Below, piece after piece: positions 61,263 to 64,000 of a stretch of 64,000 nt of DNA. The position numbers and the translations under genes were made by a program. The number at the start of each line of letters is the position of its first letter. The first letter of the stretch is position 1. This stretch comes from Mobula hypostoma (Eukaryota), in NCBI RefSeq assembly GCF_963921235.1, contig NC_086107.1, positions 101,186,001 through 101,250,000 of the forward strand, in the 5' to 3' direction. A model generated the notes under the pieces. It was not told the origin of the DNA and made no database searches. It was given only the letters and a program-made list of their open reading frames with translations.

Positions 61263-63819
61263 TACTCTTTTCCATAGACGCTGCCTGGCCTGCTGAGTTC
61301 CTCCAGCATTTTGTGTGTGTCGCTTAAAATGGCGGGTGGTTTTAATAATGTGGATACAGAATTGATTAACTTAGCAGAAGTTATTAGAGAGGTATAGCAC
61401 AGAAACAGGCCAATCAGCCCACTATCCACCCTCATTCTATGCTAACCCATTCTCACAATTGAAAGCGCAAAGTACTTTTATTATCGAAGTATGTATACGT
61501 TACACAGTCTTCAGATTTGTCTCCTTACAGGCAAAGAAACCCAAAAGAACACATTTTTAAAAAGAGCACCGTCAAACACCCAATGTGCAGAGAAAAAGAA
61601 AACGAATCTTGCAAACAATAAAAGTCAGCAAATAGTATTCAGAAATGGAGTTTTACAAAAGTAAGTCCACAGACATGAGGCCAGGCATCACCGCAGCAGG
61701 GGCAGGCCACAGCTTCAGTTTAGCGCTGAGCAGAGCTGAACAAACGTCACAGGGCAGTGAGCAAACTGGCCTATCCCTCACCTCCGGTCCTGACACCCTG
61801 ACCTTTTCAATCTGGCTTAAACTGACCAAACCTCGGGCCTTTCCTCGCCCTTGGTGACAGGCCTGGGCTCCACCTTGAATCTGCCTCATCTCCGCTCGCC
61901 TTGACTCTGCCTCGATTTTACCTCGCCTCACCTCAACTCCACCCCGACTTTGCCTTGCCTCCACTTGCCTCTCTATTGCTTGTGGTGATCGTTTGCCGGG
62001 ACAGGTGTAATTAATAGAGTCTTTGTTTGCTTTCTTTTGTTTGCCGCTGATGAGTAGTCTCTGGGTTTCACCAGTGCTGTGTTAAACCAGAACCCATCCT
62101 AGCCTAACCCAGTCTGTCCTCCCCCACACTCCAATCCACACCCCCCCCATTTTTATCTACTGGGGGCAATTTACAGCAGCCAACTGACCTACCGACCCTC
62201 CCGTCTTTGGGATGTGGAAATTAACCAGAGCACCCAGGGTAAACCCACGTGGGTCACAGGCAGAGCGTGCAGACTCCACACAGAGAGCCTGGCGCTGTGA
62301 GGCAAGGGTCTTACCAGTTCCTGTCAGACCTTTGGAGATCCACATAAACATACACCATGGACCCCCTCCTGCAGCTTTCTAAAACCTTCGCCCACAGAGC
62401 AAAAACATTGTATATTGAACCCTGGAGCTGTTAGTGCCCCAGTGGGTGCGCTGACAGTCCGATGTCAGTGGCTCTCTCAGGATTCAAGATTCAACATTGT
62501 TTAATGTCATTTCCAGTGCACAAGTGTAAAGGAGAACAAAATAATTGTTACTCCAGATCTGATGCAGCCCAAAAAAAAACACAATAATAATTTTAAAATC
62601 ATAATAAATATAAATACATAAGATAGCTTATATACATAAATTGATTGTATGTCCATAAAGGTTCAGGAGTGTCTGTTAATGTAAGGTGACTGAAATGATA
62701 GTGCTGGTGGTGGTGGTTGGGGTGTGGAGGTGTGTGTTAGTGGGTGGTGGTGTTGATTGGCCTTACTGCTTCGGGATAGTAACTGTTTTTGAGACTGGTG
62801 GTCCTGGCGTGGATGCTACGTAGCCTCCTCCCTGATGAGAGGGGGAAGAAAAGTCCATGGGATCCTTCATGATGCTACTGGTCTGCTTTTTGGCACCTTT
62901 CTCTATCTCTGTGTGCCCTCGATGGCGGGTAGGCCGGTTCCCGTGATGCTGTGACTACCCGTTGTAAAGCCTGCTAGTCTCCAAACCCTGCAAGTGATGC
63001 GGCTTGTTAGGGCGCTCTCTACTGGGCACCTGCAGAATGACATGCCGATGGAATGTGCAGAGCTGAGCTCTCGTCAGCCTCCCCAGAAAGCCGATGCACT
63101 GGCGAGCTTTCTTCGCTGTGAAGGACGTGTTCCGGGACCATGAGATGTGCACGTCCAGGTGGAGGCAAAGGTCAGGAGGAGAACATGCAGACTCCGCGCA
63201 GACAGCACCTGAGGTCAGGATTGAACTACCAGCTGCGCCACTGAGTCTCCCAAGGCCACTAAGAAATCCAGCAGGGAACTCGGGCAGAAAGTCCCTTGAT
63301 CAGAGAGGGATTGGGAACATGGAGCTCACCCCTATCGGAAGTGGTTGAAGGAAGGAACAACGACTTATGTAAGGGGAAGCTGAGGGAGGAGCCCCTGTGT
63401 CCGCCAGGACTGGTTGGGCCAGATGGCCTGATTCTGTCTCGGGGGCTGATGGGCAAGGGAGAGAGGGTGGGTTGTAGGGGAATTGGGGGCTACTCTGAAA
63501 GCTGGCATGACTCGACGGGCTGAATGGCTGCCTTCCATGTTGTGAGGAGTTGTGTCCGACTGGGTGCAGGGCCAGTCACCACCGTCGGCTGCCTGGGGGG
63601 ATTGGCAGGCAGGGAGCTGTACAGGAAAGCTGACTATCACATTGACCACGGCAAGGCCCCGCAAACCGATCTGATAAACCACCCGCTGTCGGACATGAGA
63701 TAAGTATGAACAGGACACTGCGGAGACTTGTCACTGCTCTTCGAGGCAGACCTTGAAGGTTCTTGGATTTTCCTCTCCTCCCTTCTCATTGCACAGTTAG
63801 AGTGGGGGGGGGGGTGCCA

Positions 63820-64000
63820 GGCAGGGTGGTGGAATGCTCCTCCTGCAGGATCTCTGAAAACTACGTCTGTCAGAAGTGCATCCAACTGCAGTTACTTATA
63901 GACTCTGTGCTGGAGCCGGATGAAATCCGGATCATTTAGGAGGCTGAGGGGTTGGTCGACAGGGCCTACGGAGAGGTAGTAACGTCCAAGGTGCAGTCAG
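63820..64000 (+). mobile_element. CR1 LINE ORF1 N-terminus remnant (zinc finger / leucine zipper), running off the window
   Basis: VVECSSCR...YVCQKCIQLQLL...DEIRII*EAEGLVDRAYGEVVTSKVQ. Confidence 0.65.

Noticed and set aside
29010..64000. Histone H1-0 or GCAT, which follow TRIOBP in mammals
   Set aside because: No H1 globular-domain, Lys-rich or aminotransferase-like reading frame was found. An AAACACA at ~46673-46680(-) has no histone ORF behind it.

Overview
Eukaryotic (vertebrate) genomic DNA, almost certainly a cartilaginous fish and probably a ray. This is inferred from the repeat landscape: HE1/V-SINE-type SINEs, abundant CR1, Rex1/Babar, RTE and Penelope-like fragments. The only host gene I can support is the 3' end of a TRIOBP (Tara)-like gene on the + strand. 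Six coding exons (809-956, 5663-5780, 7917-8076, 13150-13269, 21387-21473, 21607-21768) splice in frame through canonical GT-AG introns into the C-terminal coiled coil. They are followed by an intron 2 nt after the stop codon and a probable non-coding last exon from 23655. The rest is intronic or intergenic and dominated by nested, decayed transposons. Highlights: (i) many copies of a minimal hammerhead-ribozyme motif in Penelope-like element ends; (ii) an AT-rich R4/Dong-clade retrotransposon inserted in a (TTA)n tract; (iii) a HERO-clade endonuclease fragment; (iv) two G-quadruplex-type minisatellites near the TRIOBP 3' end; (v) two orphan CpG-rich patches, one with a strong CTCF-like site. 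I found no CRISPR, rRNA or true tRNA, and no convincing wholly new system. Family assignments come from recalled motifs, not database searches, and TE boundaries are approximate.
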